From: Patescibacteria group bacterium
GTDB taxonomy: Bacteria > Patescibacteriota > Patescibacteriia > Patescibacteriales > JBAZCA01
DNA: 64,000 nucleotides
Direction: 5' to 3'
NCBI GenBank assembly: GCA_041661405.1
Contig: JBAZUL010000002.1
Span: forward strand, 3,715 to 67,714
Position 1 is the first letter of the stretch. Every line of letters starts with the position of its first letter. Shown here in pieces: positions 46,274-55,227 of this stretch. Under the pieces are notes generated by a model. The model was given only the letters and a program-made list of their open reading frames with translations. It was not told the origin of the DNA and made no database searches. Both the position numbers and the translations under genes were made by a program.

Positions 46274-47146
46274 TTAATCAAGCAGATTCCAGCTTATGAG
46301 TCCGCTTATGTCAATATTGGCTTGTTTATTCTTAATTGTGTTGGTGAGATAAAGGCCGTCGTATTTTTCGGCGATGCGTTTTATGCCTTTTTTTAAGACT
46401 CCGTGAGTAATAAGCGCGGAAACTTTTTTCGCGCCGCGCGACTTACATTCATCGTAGAATTTGGTCATTGTTCCGCCGGTTTCTAAAAGATCGTCAATAA
46501 CACCGATGTCTTTGTCGTTAACGGTTTCGGAGAGCCAGTCAGCGCTTTTTTCTTTCATCCGGGTTTCAAATGAATTCAGTCTTTCTTTTTCCACGCCCGC
46601 GATTCCGGTCCGTCTTTGCGATCCCATGTCCGGGGTGATAAAAACCATGTCCGGATTATCTTTTAAGGCCGCTTGTTTTAAAATTTCAACAGCGCTCAGG
46701 TTTTTAATCGGATAATTATTCGTAAAATCTCTACCCCAGAAATGGGCGTCCACTGTCCAAATTTTTTGAACAGCATAATAATGAACCAATTCCTTTAAAA
46801 TATTTTCAGCCGCGTTAATCGCGCCGTCCTGATCAGCGTGATCCTGCATGCCATAAGCAAAGTAGCTGAAAAACACTTCCGGTTGGATATGGTTTTCTTT
46901 TAAGATTTCCAAAACCATTTTCAGCTCCACGAGTCCGTCGTTCGGCCGGGGCATGCCGGAGTGGAGGACTATTGTCTTTCCTTCTAAGGTTTTTATATCG
47001 GGCAGACGGGCGTAAATTTCGCCGTCCGGAAAATATTGCTTCTTATCCTTGTTTTTCCCGACAAAAAAAACTTTAAAATTTTTCTTATCTTTTTTTAAAG
47101 ACTTTCCCAGGTGTTCGGCCTGGGAGGTGGTGATAATATTTACCAT
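46274..47146 (-). CDS. prs: Ribose-phosphate pyrophosphokinase (PRPP synthetase)
   Basis: PRPP-binding loop GVIDDLLETGGTM and the N-terminal ribose-5-P binding region. 290 aa. Confidence 0.8.
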   Translation of the reverse strand: MVNIITTSQAEHLGKSLKKDKKNFKVFFVGKNKDKKQYFPDGEIYARLPDIKTLEGKTIVLHSGMPRPNDGLVELKMVLEILKENHIQPEVFFSYFAYGMQDHADQDGAINAAENILKELVHYYAVQKIWTVDAHFWGRDFTNNYPIKNLSAVEILKQAALKDNPDMVFITPDMGSQRRTGIAGVEKERLNSFETRMKEKSADWLSETVNDKDIGVIDDLLETGGTMTKFYDECKSRGAKKVSALITHGVLKKGIKRIAEKYDGLYLTNTIKNKQANIDISGLISWNLLD

Positions 47147-47148
47147 AT

Positions 47149-47796
47149 TTAGGCTTTAAATGATCTTAGTTTTTCAATGGCTTTAATCCGGTCTTTGGAC
47201 TTAAAAATATAGGATCCGGCGACAATATTATTGGCTCCGGCTTTGATAGCCAGAGGGGCGGTAATATTATCCATTCCGCCGTCAATTTTAATTTCAATAT
47301 CAGGAAATTTTTTCCTTAAGTAAGTCGCCTTAGAGAGTTCTTTGGCCATGAATTTTTGCCCGCCAAAACCGGGAGTAACCGTCATGATGACATAATAGTC
47401 CGCCAAACCAAAGTAAGGGAACAATTCTTCAACCGGGGTTTTCGGGCTGATGGCTACCCCGGCCGGTTTGCCAAATTTTTTAGTAGTTTCAAGGCTGAGT
47501 TTAGTCATTTCTTCTCCGAGTTCTACGTGGGTGGCAATCCGAGCCGCTCCGGATTCTATGAAATGGTGGATATGCTTGGCCGGATTTTCTATCATTAAAT
47601 GGCAATCAAGGGGCAGTTTGGATTTGATGCAATTTAAAATTGTATAGCCGAAAGTGATGTTCGGGACAAAATGGCCGTCCATGACATCAACATGGAGATA
47701 ATCGGCGTAATCTTCAACCGATTTGATTTCCTCATTTAAGCGGCCAAAATCGGCCGCTAAGATGGACGGAGAGATTTTTATTCGCTGTTTTGGCAT
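47149..47796 (-). CDS. rpe: Ribulose-phosphate 3-epimerase
   Basis: ISPSILAADFGRLNEEI...HVDVMDGHFVPNITFG...DGG signature. Confidence 0.85.
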   Translation of the reverse strand: MPKQRIKISPSILAADFGRLNEEIKSVEDYADYLHVDVMDGHFVPNITFGYTILNCIKSKLPLDCHLMIENPAKHIHHFIESGAARIATHVELGEEMTKLSLETTKKFGKPAGVAISPKTPVEELFPYFGLADYYVIMTVTPGFGGQKFMAKELSKATYLRKKFPDIEIKIDGGMDNITAPLAIKAGANNIVAGSYIFKSKDRIKAIEKLRSFKA

Positions 47797-47923
47797 TTGA
47801 GAGTTTATTATTATTATATTGAAACAATATCACAACGCGCGCCTGAATTCAAGGCGCGAGGCATTTACAAATGGCGAATAAATAGGGTAATATGGAGTTA
47901 AGATAATAACTAATACTAAAATT

Positions 47924-48859
47924 ATGGACAGAAATCTAGCTTTGGAGTTTGTCCGGGTTACTGAGGCGGCGGCTATCGCGGCGGCTAAATGGATTGGAAA
48001 AGGCGAGGGAAAAAAGGCTGACGGCGCGGCCGTGGACGAGATGCGCGACCGTTTTAACCAGATTAATTTTAAAGGCAAGGTGGTAATCGGCGAAGGCGCT
48101 AAAGACGAAGCGCCTGAGCTCTATACCGGGGAAATCGTTGGAAAAGGGAAAGGCCCGGTCATGGACTTAGCCATTGATCCTTTGGAGTGCACCGACTCGG
48201 TCGCTTTCGGGCGCTATAACGCCATTACCGTGATCACCGCCGGAGCGCCAAAATCACTCATGTCCGCGCCGGACGCTTATATGGAAAAAATAGCGGCCGG
48301 GCCCAAAGCTGCTAAAGTGATAAGGCTGGACGCGCCGGTTAAGGTGAATATTGAAAGAACCGCTAAAGCCTTAGGGAAGAAAAAGAGCGACATTACCGTC
48401 TGCATATTAGACCGGGAACGCCATGAGGATTTAATAAAAGAAGTCCGGCAAGCCGGAGCCCGGGTAAGGCTTATAACCGACGGGGATGTCGCCGGCGGAA
48501 TCGCCCCTTCCATGCCGGATACGGGGATTGACCTTCTTATGGGAATCGGATCGTCAACCGAAGCGGTTTTAGCCGCGGCGGCCATTAAAATTCTCGGCGG
48601 AGAAATTCAGGCCCGCTTTAAGCCGATAAATGAGACGAGCGAGAAGGTTATTAAAAAAGCCGGCATGTCGTTAAATAGAATTTACCGGACCGAAGATCTG
48701 GCTAAAGGAAAGCAATTAACTTTTACCGCCACCGGCGTAATAGACGGCCCGCTACTTTCCGGGGTACGGATTACCGATAACGCCATTATTACTCATTCTA
48801 TTGTCATGCGGGGCATGTCCGGGACTATCCGCTATATTACAACCCATCACCATAAATAG
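47924..48859 (+). CDS. glpX: Class II fructose-1,6-bisphosphatase (GlpX type)
   Basis: MDRNLALEFVRVTEAAAIAAAKWIGKG...DGAAVDEMRD closely parallels the GlpX N-terminus. VIGEGAKDEAPELYTGE and DPLECT motifs. Confidence 0.8.
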   Translation: MDRNLALEFVRVTEAAAIAAAKWIGKGEGKKADGAAVDEMRDRFNQINFKGKVVIGEGAKDEAPELYTGEIVGKGKGPVMDLAIDPLECTDSVAFGRYNAITVITAGAPKSLMSAPDAYMEKIAAGPKAAKVIRLDAPVKVNIERTAKALGKKKSDITVCILDRERHEDLIKEVRQAGARVRLITDGDVAGGIAPSMPDTGIDLLMGIGSSTEAVLAAAAIKILGGEIQARFKPINETSEKVIKKAGMSLNRIYRTEDLAKGKQLTFTATGVIDGPLLSGVRITDNAIITHSIVMRGMSGTIRYITTHHHK

Positions 48860-48860
48860 A

Positions 48861-48982
48861 AGGACTTCCAGGTTTGGCGCATTTCTTCGTTGGCGCCTGC
48901 GATACTCACTCGTCGTAGCTTCAAGTACGCCTCGTTCCGTTTCTCGGCGCCGCCTAGAACTGCATCCAAACCTTAAAGTCCT
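48861..48982 (+). repeat. GC-rich about 120-bp element with terminal inverted repeat (AGGACTTCC ... AAAGTCCT), copy 1, in the glpX-fba spacer
   Basis: Homologous (about 70% identity) to 58510-58693. Local GC content is well above the flanks. Internal hairpin GGCGC-N12-GCGCC. Confidence 0.55.
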
Positions 48983-48992
48983 CAATTCTAAT

Positions 48993-50024
48993 ATGTTAGA
49001 CCCTCAAAAAATCCAAAAACTAAAAGCGACGGCCAAAGCCATGGTGGCGCCCGGAAAGGGAATATTGGCCGCTGACGAAAGTACGGCCACGATTGAAAAA
49101 CGGTTCGCTAAAATCAATGTTCCTTCAACCGAGGATAATCGCCGTCGTTACCGGGAAATGCTTTTTACTACGCCGGGACTAAATAGCCATATCAGCGGAG
49201 TAATTCTTTTTGATGAGACTTTCCGGCAGTCCGGTTCGGACGGTAGGACATTTGTGTCATTTTTAAAAGAGGTCGGAATCATGCCCGGGATTAAGGTGGA
49301 CAAAGGCTTGGACGCTATGCCGGATTCGCCGACGGAAAAAATTACCAAAGGCCTTGACGACCTTGAAGACCGGCTCAGAGAATACGCCGAACTCGGCGCC
49401 CATTTTGCCAAATGGCGGGCGGTAATAACCATTACCGATACGACCCCAACGGACGCCAATATTGAAAAAAACGCCAAAGATTTGGCCGCTTACGCTCTGG
49501 CCTGCCAGCGCGCCGGGATTGTGCCGATTGTTGAGCCGGAAGTCTTAATGGACGGCGTCCATAGCCTTAAAAGATGCGAGGAAGTAAGCGGAAAAGTCCT
49601 GGAAGCGGTCTTCCGCGAGCTGGAGGCCGTTGGAGTAGAAATGGAAGGGATTATTTTAAAGCCTAACATGGTTTTGCCAGCTAAAGAATCCGGAGAAACT
49701 GCTCATCCGGAACATGTTGCCTCAGCGACTTTAAGGATATTTAATAAGCACTTGCCGAAAAATTTGCCGGGCGTGGCTTTTCTTTCCGGCGGACAGTCGG
49801 AAATTGAAGCGACCGAAAACCTTCACGCCATAAACAAGCTCGGGCCGCACCCCTGGACACTTTCCTTTTCTTACGGCCGGGCTCTGCAGGACAGCGCCTT
49901 AAAAACCTGGGCCGGAAAAGAGGAGAACATTAAAGCCGCCCAGGAAAAGTTATTGCACCGGGCGAAGATGAAAGGTCTCGCGGCCAAAGGCGAATACGAC
50001 CGGGAATTGGATTGGAAAGAGTAA
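48993..50024 (+). CDS. fba: Class I fructose-bisphosphate aldolase
   Basis: GKGILAADESTATIEKRF class I aldolase signature. Start set at ATG 48993; the upstream in-frame extension covers the repeat element and is not coding-like. Confidence 0.8.
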   Translation: MLDPQKIQKLKATAKAMVAPGKGILAADESTATIEKRFAKINVPSTEDNRRRYREMLFTTPGLNSHISGVILFDETFRQSGSDGRTFVSFLKEVGIMPGIKVDKGLDAMPDSPTEKITKGLDDLEDRLREYAELGAHFAKWRAVITITDTTPTDANIEKNAKDLAAYALACQRAGIVPIVEPEVLMDGVHSLKRCEEVSGKVLEAVFRELEAVGVEMEGIILKPNMVLPAKESGETAHPEHVASATLRIFNKHLPKNLPGVAFLSGGQSEIEATENLHAINKLGPHPWTLSFSYGRALQDSALKTWAGKEENIKAAQEKLLHRAKMKGLAAKGEYDRELDWKE

Positions 50025-50037
50025 AGTTTCTGTAATG

Positions 50038-50916
50038 TTAAGCCAGTAATTTTACCAATTTTTCTTTTACGCCGGCCGGAGTAAGGCCGATGCATTGGTC
50101 ATGCTCTTCTGCCTGGCCGTATTTGTTTAAGAATTCTATTGGCACGCCGACGGTTTCTACCTGGATGGCCCGGCCGGTTAAAGTTTCCATCACTTCCGGC
50201 AAAATCGCGCCGCGGTAATAGGGCTCGCAAATGAGAATTTTACCTGAAGCAGAATTGGCTTTGAGCGTTTCTTTGTCAAAAGGCGCGACTGTCGTGTAAT
50301 AGAGAATAGTGACATTCATATCCCGAGCCGCTTCCAGAACCGGTTTAAGGCTCGGGCCGACGGCAATAACCGTGGCCTTGGAACCGGTCTTAATAATATG
50401 CGCCTGGCCGAATTTTACCGGATAACTTTCCGGATTGCTTTTTTCTGACAAACGGAAATAAGTCGGCTTTCCATCGCTATAGGCTTGGAGAAATAAGTCG
50501 TGGAATTCCTGGGCCGTTCCCGGCAAAACGATTTCCATGCCTGGGATGTGTTTTAAAATTCCGACATCGCCGGGGCAGTGGTGCGTGCATCCTAAGGCCG
50601 CGTAGTCGTAAGAGCCGCCGATAGAGATAAAGTTGCCGCCTAATTTCTGGTAGCCGAAATCCAGCTTTAACTGTTCGTAAGTCCTTTCAATTAAAAACGG
50701 GGCAATGGTGTGAAAAATCGGAGTAAAGCCGGTCATAGCGAGGCCGGCCGCCAGCCCTACCGTTGCCTGCTCCAGGATGCCGATATTATAGGCGCGGCCG
50801 GGATATTTTTTTATGGTGTCAACAAAACCTTTGACGCTTATGTCGCCGAGTAAAAGAACGGCCTTTTCGTCTTTTTCAATCACGTCTGTGATGGTGGTAA
50901 AAAATTGTTTTCTCAT
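50038..50916 (-). CDS. Transketolase, C-terminal (pyrimidine-binding + C-terminal domain) subunit
   Basis: 292 aa with transketolase Pyr/C-terminal domain motifs. Together with the adjacent upstream gene it forms a split transketolase. Confidence 0.8.
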   Translation of the reverse strand: MRKQFFTTITDVIEKDEKAVLLLGDISVKGFVDTIKKYPGRAYNIGILEQATVGLAAGLAMTGFTPIFHTIAPFLIERTYEQLKLDFGYQKLGGNFISIGGSYDYAALGCTHHCPGDVGILKHIPGMEIVLPGTAQEFHDLFLQAYSDGKPTYFRLSEKSNPESYPVKFGQAHIIKTGSKATVIAVGPSLKPVLEAARDMNVTILYYTTVAPFDKETLKANSASGKILICEPYYRGAILPEVMETLTGRAIQVETVGVPIEFLNKYGQAEEHDQCIGLTPAGVKEKLVKLLA

Positions 50917-50920
50917 AATT

Positions 50921-51727
50921 TTATCCCCTGTTATTTAATTCACCCAGAAATTCATCCAGCTCCTCGTCGTTCGGCATTTTATGGTGCCAGGCGAGCATGT
51001 CGCTTTCAATCTTTTTTATTCCCCGGCCTTTAACCGTATTGGCGATTATAGCTTTGGGTCTGCCGCCCGGATCTTTCATAAAAGCCTGGTAGAGCGCTTC
51101 CTGGTCATGCCCGTCAGCCTCAAAACTTTCCCAGCCGAAGGCTTTAAATTTTTCCGTAAAATCATGGACTTTAATGGCCGGGTCGGTTGAATGGTTGTAA
51201 TCAACAATGCAGGTAAGGTTGTCTAGCTTATGGTGGCCGGCGAGCAGCGCCGCTTCCCAGATAGTCCCTTCGTTTGATTCGCCGTCGCCGATAATGGTAT
51301 AGACTTTAACGTCGGATTTTTTTATTTTTTCCCCCAGGGCGACGCCGACCGCGATTGGCATGCCATGACCGAGCGAACCGGTAGAAGCTTCAACACCCGG
51401 GACTTTGTTGCAGTCCGGATGGCCGCCCAGCTTTGAGTCGTAAGCGGCGAAATTTTCAAATTCGCTAAAGTCAAAAAAGCCTTTGTTCGCGAGGATGGCA
51501 AACAGTCCGATTGAGGCGTGGCCTTTGCTTAAAATAAAGCGGTCCCGATCCGGGGCGTTGGGATTTTTCGGGTCAATCCGGAGCACCCGGTCGTAGAGCG
51601 CGAACATGATGTCAAGAATGGAAAAGGCGCTCGGAATATGGCCTTCTTTTTTTGAGTGGACGGTTTTCAGGATGATTTTTTTTAGGTCAATTATGTTTTC
51701 TTTCATAAAATTTTTATGTTCAGCCAA
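50921..51727 (-). CDS. Transketolase, N-terminal (thiamine-diphosphate-binding) subunit
   Basis: GHASIGLFAILANKG, GSLGHGMPIAVGVALG and the TPP motif IGDGESNEG. 268 aa. Confidence 0.8.
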   Translation of the reverse strand: MAEHKNFMKENIIDLKKIILKTVHSKKEGHIPSAFSILDIMFALYDRVLRIDPKNPNAPDRDRFILSKGHASIGLFAILANKGFFDFSEFENFAAYDSKLGGHPDCNKVPGVEASTGSLGHGMPIAVGVALGEKIKKSDVKVYTIIGDGESNEGTIWEAALLAGHHKLDNLTCIVDYNHSTDPAIKVHDFTEKFKAFGWESFEADGHDQEALYQAFMKDPGGRPKAIIANTVKGRGIKKIESDMLAWHHKMPNDEELDEFLGELNNRG

Positions 51728-52160
51728 TTTTTTTTATTCTTCTTTCATGTCGGCCGCCTTCAAATTTCGTGGTAAGCCAAAGATCAATAGCTTCTTTTAC
51801 CTGGTTAAAAGAAATAAACTTAGCGCCGATTGACAAAACATTCGCGTTATTATGTTGGCGGGACAATTTAATTATTTCCAGATTATATCCGTAATACAAG
51901 GCCGCTCGCACTCCTTTTATTTTGTTGGCGGCAATAGCTTCGCCTTGTCCGCTCATACCTAAAATTATTCCTTTATCTTCCGGATTGCCGGCGCTGACTT
52001 TGGTCGCGCAAGGGATGATAAAATCAGGATAGTCGTCATTTTTATCATAAGAATGCGGTCCGCAATCCTCCACTTTATAGTCCTTTGATTTTAAATAATC
52101 CGTGATCTGATTTTTTAATTCAAACCCGGCGTGATCCGAGGCAATGTAAATGGTACTCAT
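51720..52160 (-). CDS. rpiB: Ribose-5-phosphate isomerase B
   Basis: IYIASDHAGFELK, CGPHSYDKNDDYPDF and GMSGQGEAIAANK motifs of RpiB/LacAB. Confidence 0.85.
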   Translation of the reverse strand: MSTIYIASDHAGFELKNQITDYLKSKDYKVEDCGPHSYDKNDDYPDFIIPCATKVSAGNPEDKGIILGMSGQGEAIAANKIKGVRAALYYGYNLEIIKLSRQHNNANVLSIGAKFISFNQVKEAIDLWLTTKFEGGRHERRIKKIG

Positions 52161-52183
52161 AGCGCTTATCTTAGCATAATTAT

Positions 52184-53530
52184 TTATTTTTTTCCATTGA
52201 GCGAAGCCGCCAGTTTTTTCGCGTCCATGAGATCATCCAAAACTTTCTTTTCCACTCCTTCTTTTTTCAAAACCTCCCGAATATCCAGATCGCGATTGCT
52301 GTTTAAATCTTTTATTATCCGAGCCACTTTGTCATAGCCCAAAATCGGGGTGAGGGAAGTAAGCCGGGTGGTATTTTTCATGGCGTAATTCTCGCAGTTT
52401 TCTTTATTGGCTTTAATTCCGTCAACGCAACCCTCGGCCAATATTTTTACGCCTTTGGCAAAAAACCGGAGCGACTCAATGAGGTTATGGGCGAGGACGG
52501 ACATGAAAACGTTTAATTCCAGCTGGCCATGTTCAACCACCATAGTTACGGCGAGATCATTGCCGTAAACATGAAAAGCGATCTGGTTGATAAGCTCGGG
52601 AATAACCGGATTAACTTTGCCGGGCATGATACTGGAGCCTTTTTGCATTTCCGGCAGTTTGATTTCGTAAAAACCGCAAGTCGGGCCGCTCGCGAGAAGC
52701 CTTAAGTCGTTGGCGTTTTTAGTAATGGCCGCCAGGGTAGTTTTAATCCCGGCCGAAACATCCGAGAAAGAATCAACGTTCTGAGTAGCGTCAACCAAAT
52801 CTTCGGCCGATCGGACCGGCAGGCCGGTATTTTTTCTTAAGTGCTTTATGGTTAATTCCGTGTATTTTTTTCCCGCGTTAACTCCGGTGCCGGTCGCCGT
52901 GCCACCAATGCTTAAATCCAGCATTCCCTGGCGCACCCGGTTTAAGCGAGCCGCCCCGCGCCGGGCTACCATTTTATAGGCGTTAAATTCCTGGCCAAGG
53001 GTCATGGGAACGGCATCCTGCAGATGGGTTCGGCCGGTTTTAACAATTCCGGAAAATTCTTTAGCTTTTTTATCCAATGATTTTTCTAAAATTTTTAATG
53101 ATTCAATGCAATCTTCGGTTAATACGTAGATGGCCATTTTCAGGGCGGTAGGGAGGACGTCGTTAGTGGATTGGGAAAGGTTGACATCATTCAAATAATG
53201 GATTTTTACTTTTCCGCCGGAGAGCTCGGTTGCCAGTCCGGCAATTACTTCATTAACGTTCATGTTAATGCTCGTTCCGGCGCCGCCCTGGATAGCCGGA
53301 GTAACAAACTGGTCGTCGTAGGTTCCGGTCTGGATTTTTTTAATGGCTTTTTCAATCAGTTCGTAGCGTTCCCGGGAAATTTTTTTCAGCTCGTAGTTGG
53401 CCTGATTGGCCGCCCGCTTCACTTCAACGATTTGTTTTACCCAGTAAAGGGAAACTTTTTGCCGGGAGACATTGAAGTTTTTCAAAGCCAGTTCGGTCTG
53501 CTCGCCGTAGTACTTTTTTTGGTTTGGCAT
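52184..53530 (-). CDS. aspA: Aspartate ammonia-lyase-like class II fumarase/aspartase family lyase
   Basis: GSSIMPGKVNPVIPEL signature (the VNPV-IPE variant favours aspartase over fumarase C) and TGRTHLQDA. Confidence 0.65.
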   Translation of the reverse strand: MPNQKKYYGEQTELALKNFNVSRQKVSLYWVKQIVEVKRAANQANYELKKISRERYELIEKAIKKIQTGTYDDQFVTPAIQGGAGTSINMNVNEVIAGLATELSGGKVKIHYLNDVNLSQSTNDVLPTALKMAIYVLTEDCIESLKILEKSLDKKAKEFSGIVKTGRTHLQDAVPMTLGQEFNAYKMVARRGAARLNRVRQGMLDLSIGGTATGTGVNAGKKYTELTIKHLRKNTGLPVRSAEDLVDATQNVDSFSDVSAGIKTTLAAITKNANDLRLLASGPTCGFYEIKLPEMQKGSSIMPGKVNPVIPELINQIAFHVYGNDLAVTMVVEHGQLELNVFMSVLAHNLIESLRFFAKGVKILAEGCVDGIKANKENCENYAMKNTTRLTSLTPILGYDKVARIIKDLNSNRDLDIREVLKKEGVEKKVLDDLMDAKKLAASLNGKK

Positions 53531-53558
53531 AGATGATATTTTTTTAAGCTATTTAAGA

Positions 53559-54154
53559 TTAGTTTTGTTCTTCATCATGTTTTTCCGGCAGTTTCTCAAA
53601 TATCCAGATAAAGGCGTTGTAATTACGCATGTTTTTTTCGTTTTCCAATAGATTCCAATCAGGATCCTCATTAAATTCTTGCAGATTTCCAATATTTATT
53701 TCATTGATCAGCTTGAATTTTTTTGTTAGCATGCCAAAATATGGTTTTGCTGTCATCGGAGTGTATAATTCAATAACTCTTAGGTGTCCACCATCTTTTA
53801 ATATCCTAAAAATTTCTTCCAGTAGTTTTTCGGTAAGGGCAGGGTATCCTATAACATTTGCTAATACTACTTCATCAGCCACATTATTTCTAACCGGAAA
53901 TTCAAAAGCTGACGACAGGGTCAGTATAATTCTATTGTTAGCGCCTGAAACTTCAGTCGCATTTTGGTCTAGCTGTTTTTTAGATCCTTTAAGCTCTTCT
54001 TCACAAATATCAATCCCAATATATTTTTGATGGTTATTTTCAAATTGTTTCTTTCTTCCGAAGTCATGATTACCGGAGACATGCCTGTGCCGATTTCTAC
54101 GGTTATTTTATTATCAAGTGTTGTTTCTTTTTTTTCTACGATTCTTTCTAACAT
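53559..54154 (-). pseudogene. Class I SAM-dependent methyltransferase interrupted by a frameshift (fragments 54154-53969 and 53882-53559)
   Basis: The N-terminal fragment carries motif I (VEIGTGMSPV). The next frame continues with KYIGIDICEEELKGSKK...ADEVVLANVIGYPALTEKLLEEIFRILKDGGHL (post-I and II/III motifs). The frames switch at an A5 run around 54020-54035. Confidence 0.5.
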
Positions 54155-54158
54155 ATTT

Positions 54159-55091
54159 TTAGGTAGTCAGCGCTTTATGCAGTAAGGCCATGCGGACGTA
54201 AAGGCCGTTTTTGGCCTGGCGAAAATAAGCGGCGCGGGAATCGGCGTCTACGGCCGGGTCAATTTCGTAGATTCGGGGCATGACATGCAAAATTATGGAC
54301 TTGGCTTTCATTCGGTTTACCATGGCCTGATCTATGAACAGGGATTTTTTCAGCCTTTCGTATTCAGCCGGATCGGAAAAGCGCTCTTTAAAAACCCGTG
54401 TAACGTATAAGACATCCAGCTGGCCGATTATCCGGTCAATGTTTTCCAGTTCTTCGTATTTAATTCCAGCCCGATCCAGCTGATCTTTGTATTCGTTCGG
54501 CAGGCGCAGTTCCGGCGGGGAAACAAAGAATAATTCAATTTTTTTAAACAAAGGGAAGAGAGGGATTAAAGAGTGGATATTCCTTTGGTAGCGGAAGTCC
54601 GCGAGAAAAGCTATTTTCAGGCCGTCAATTTTTCCGAGTTCTTTTTCAATCGTGTATAAATCATACAAGGCCTGGGTCGGATGTTCGTTATAGCCGTCGC
54701 CGCCGTTAATAATCGGAACAGTGGAAACTTTAGCCGCGGTTTCGGCCGCGCCATTTTCCGGGTGGCGCAATACAATGGCATCGCAGTAGCCGGAAACCAC
54801 CTTAATCGTGTCAGTAAGACTTTCGCCCTTAGAAGCCGAAGATGCGGCCGCGTTGGCCGTTGAAAGGACGTTAGCGCCGAGCTTAAAAGCGGCGGATTCA
54901 AAAGACAGCCGGGTGCGGGTGGAGGATTCGTAAAAAAGCGTGGCGACGATTTTTCCAGCGCAGTCTTTTTTTATCGCGCCAATTTCGTCCAGCTTTTGGA
55001 ACTTCGCGGCTTTAACGAAGATTTCTTTTAATAATTTTTTGTCGGCGAACTGGGGGCCGTTTAGAACGTGAAACATATAGATAATTTCCAA
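54159..55091 (-). CDS. pyrB: Aspartate carbamoyltransferase catalytic subunit
   Basis: YESSTRTRLSFE, HPTQAL and the carbamoyl-P/aspartate binding motifs. 310 aa. Confidence 0.85.
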   Translation of the reverse strand: MEIIYMFHVLNGPQFADKKLLKEIFVKAAKFQKLDEIGAIKKDCAGKIVATLFYESSTRTRLSFESAAFKLGANVLSTANAAASSASKGESLTDTIKVVSGYCDAIVLRHPENGAAETAAKVSTVPIINGGDGYNEHPTQALYDLYTIEKELGKIDGLKIAFLADFRYQRNIHSLIPLFPLFKKIELFFVSPPELRLPNEYKDQLDRAGIKYEELENIDRIIGQLDVLYVTRVFKERFSDPAEYERLKKSLFIDQAMVNRMKAKSIILHVMPRIYEIDPAVDADSRAAYFRQAKNGLYVRMALLHKALTT

Positions 55092-55227
55092 TTCCTAATT
55101 TCTAATTTCCAATAAAATGTCTAATTTTTAATGTCCAAAAAAACAAAATTTAATTTTTTACATTGGACACTTGGACTTTCATTGGTAATTAGTAATTGGA
55201 AATTAGATATTCAAATAAGATTTAAAA

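Noticed and set aside
48801-48992. Long N-terminal extension of the fba ORF in the ORF track (MSCGACPGLS...)
   Set aside because: The extension is encoded by the GC-rich TIR repeat element and overlaps the glpX 3' end. Its composition is not coding-like. The conserved class I aldolase N-terminus begins at ATG 48993.
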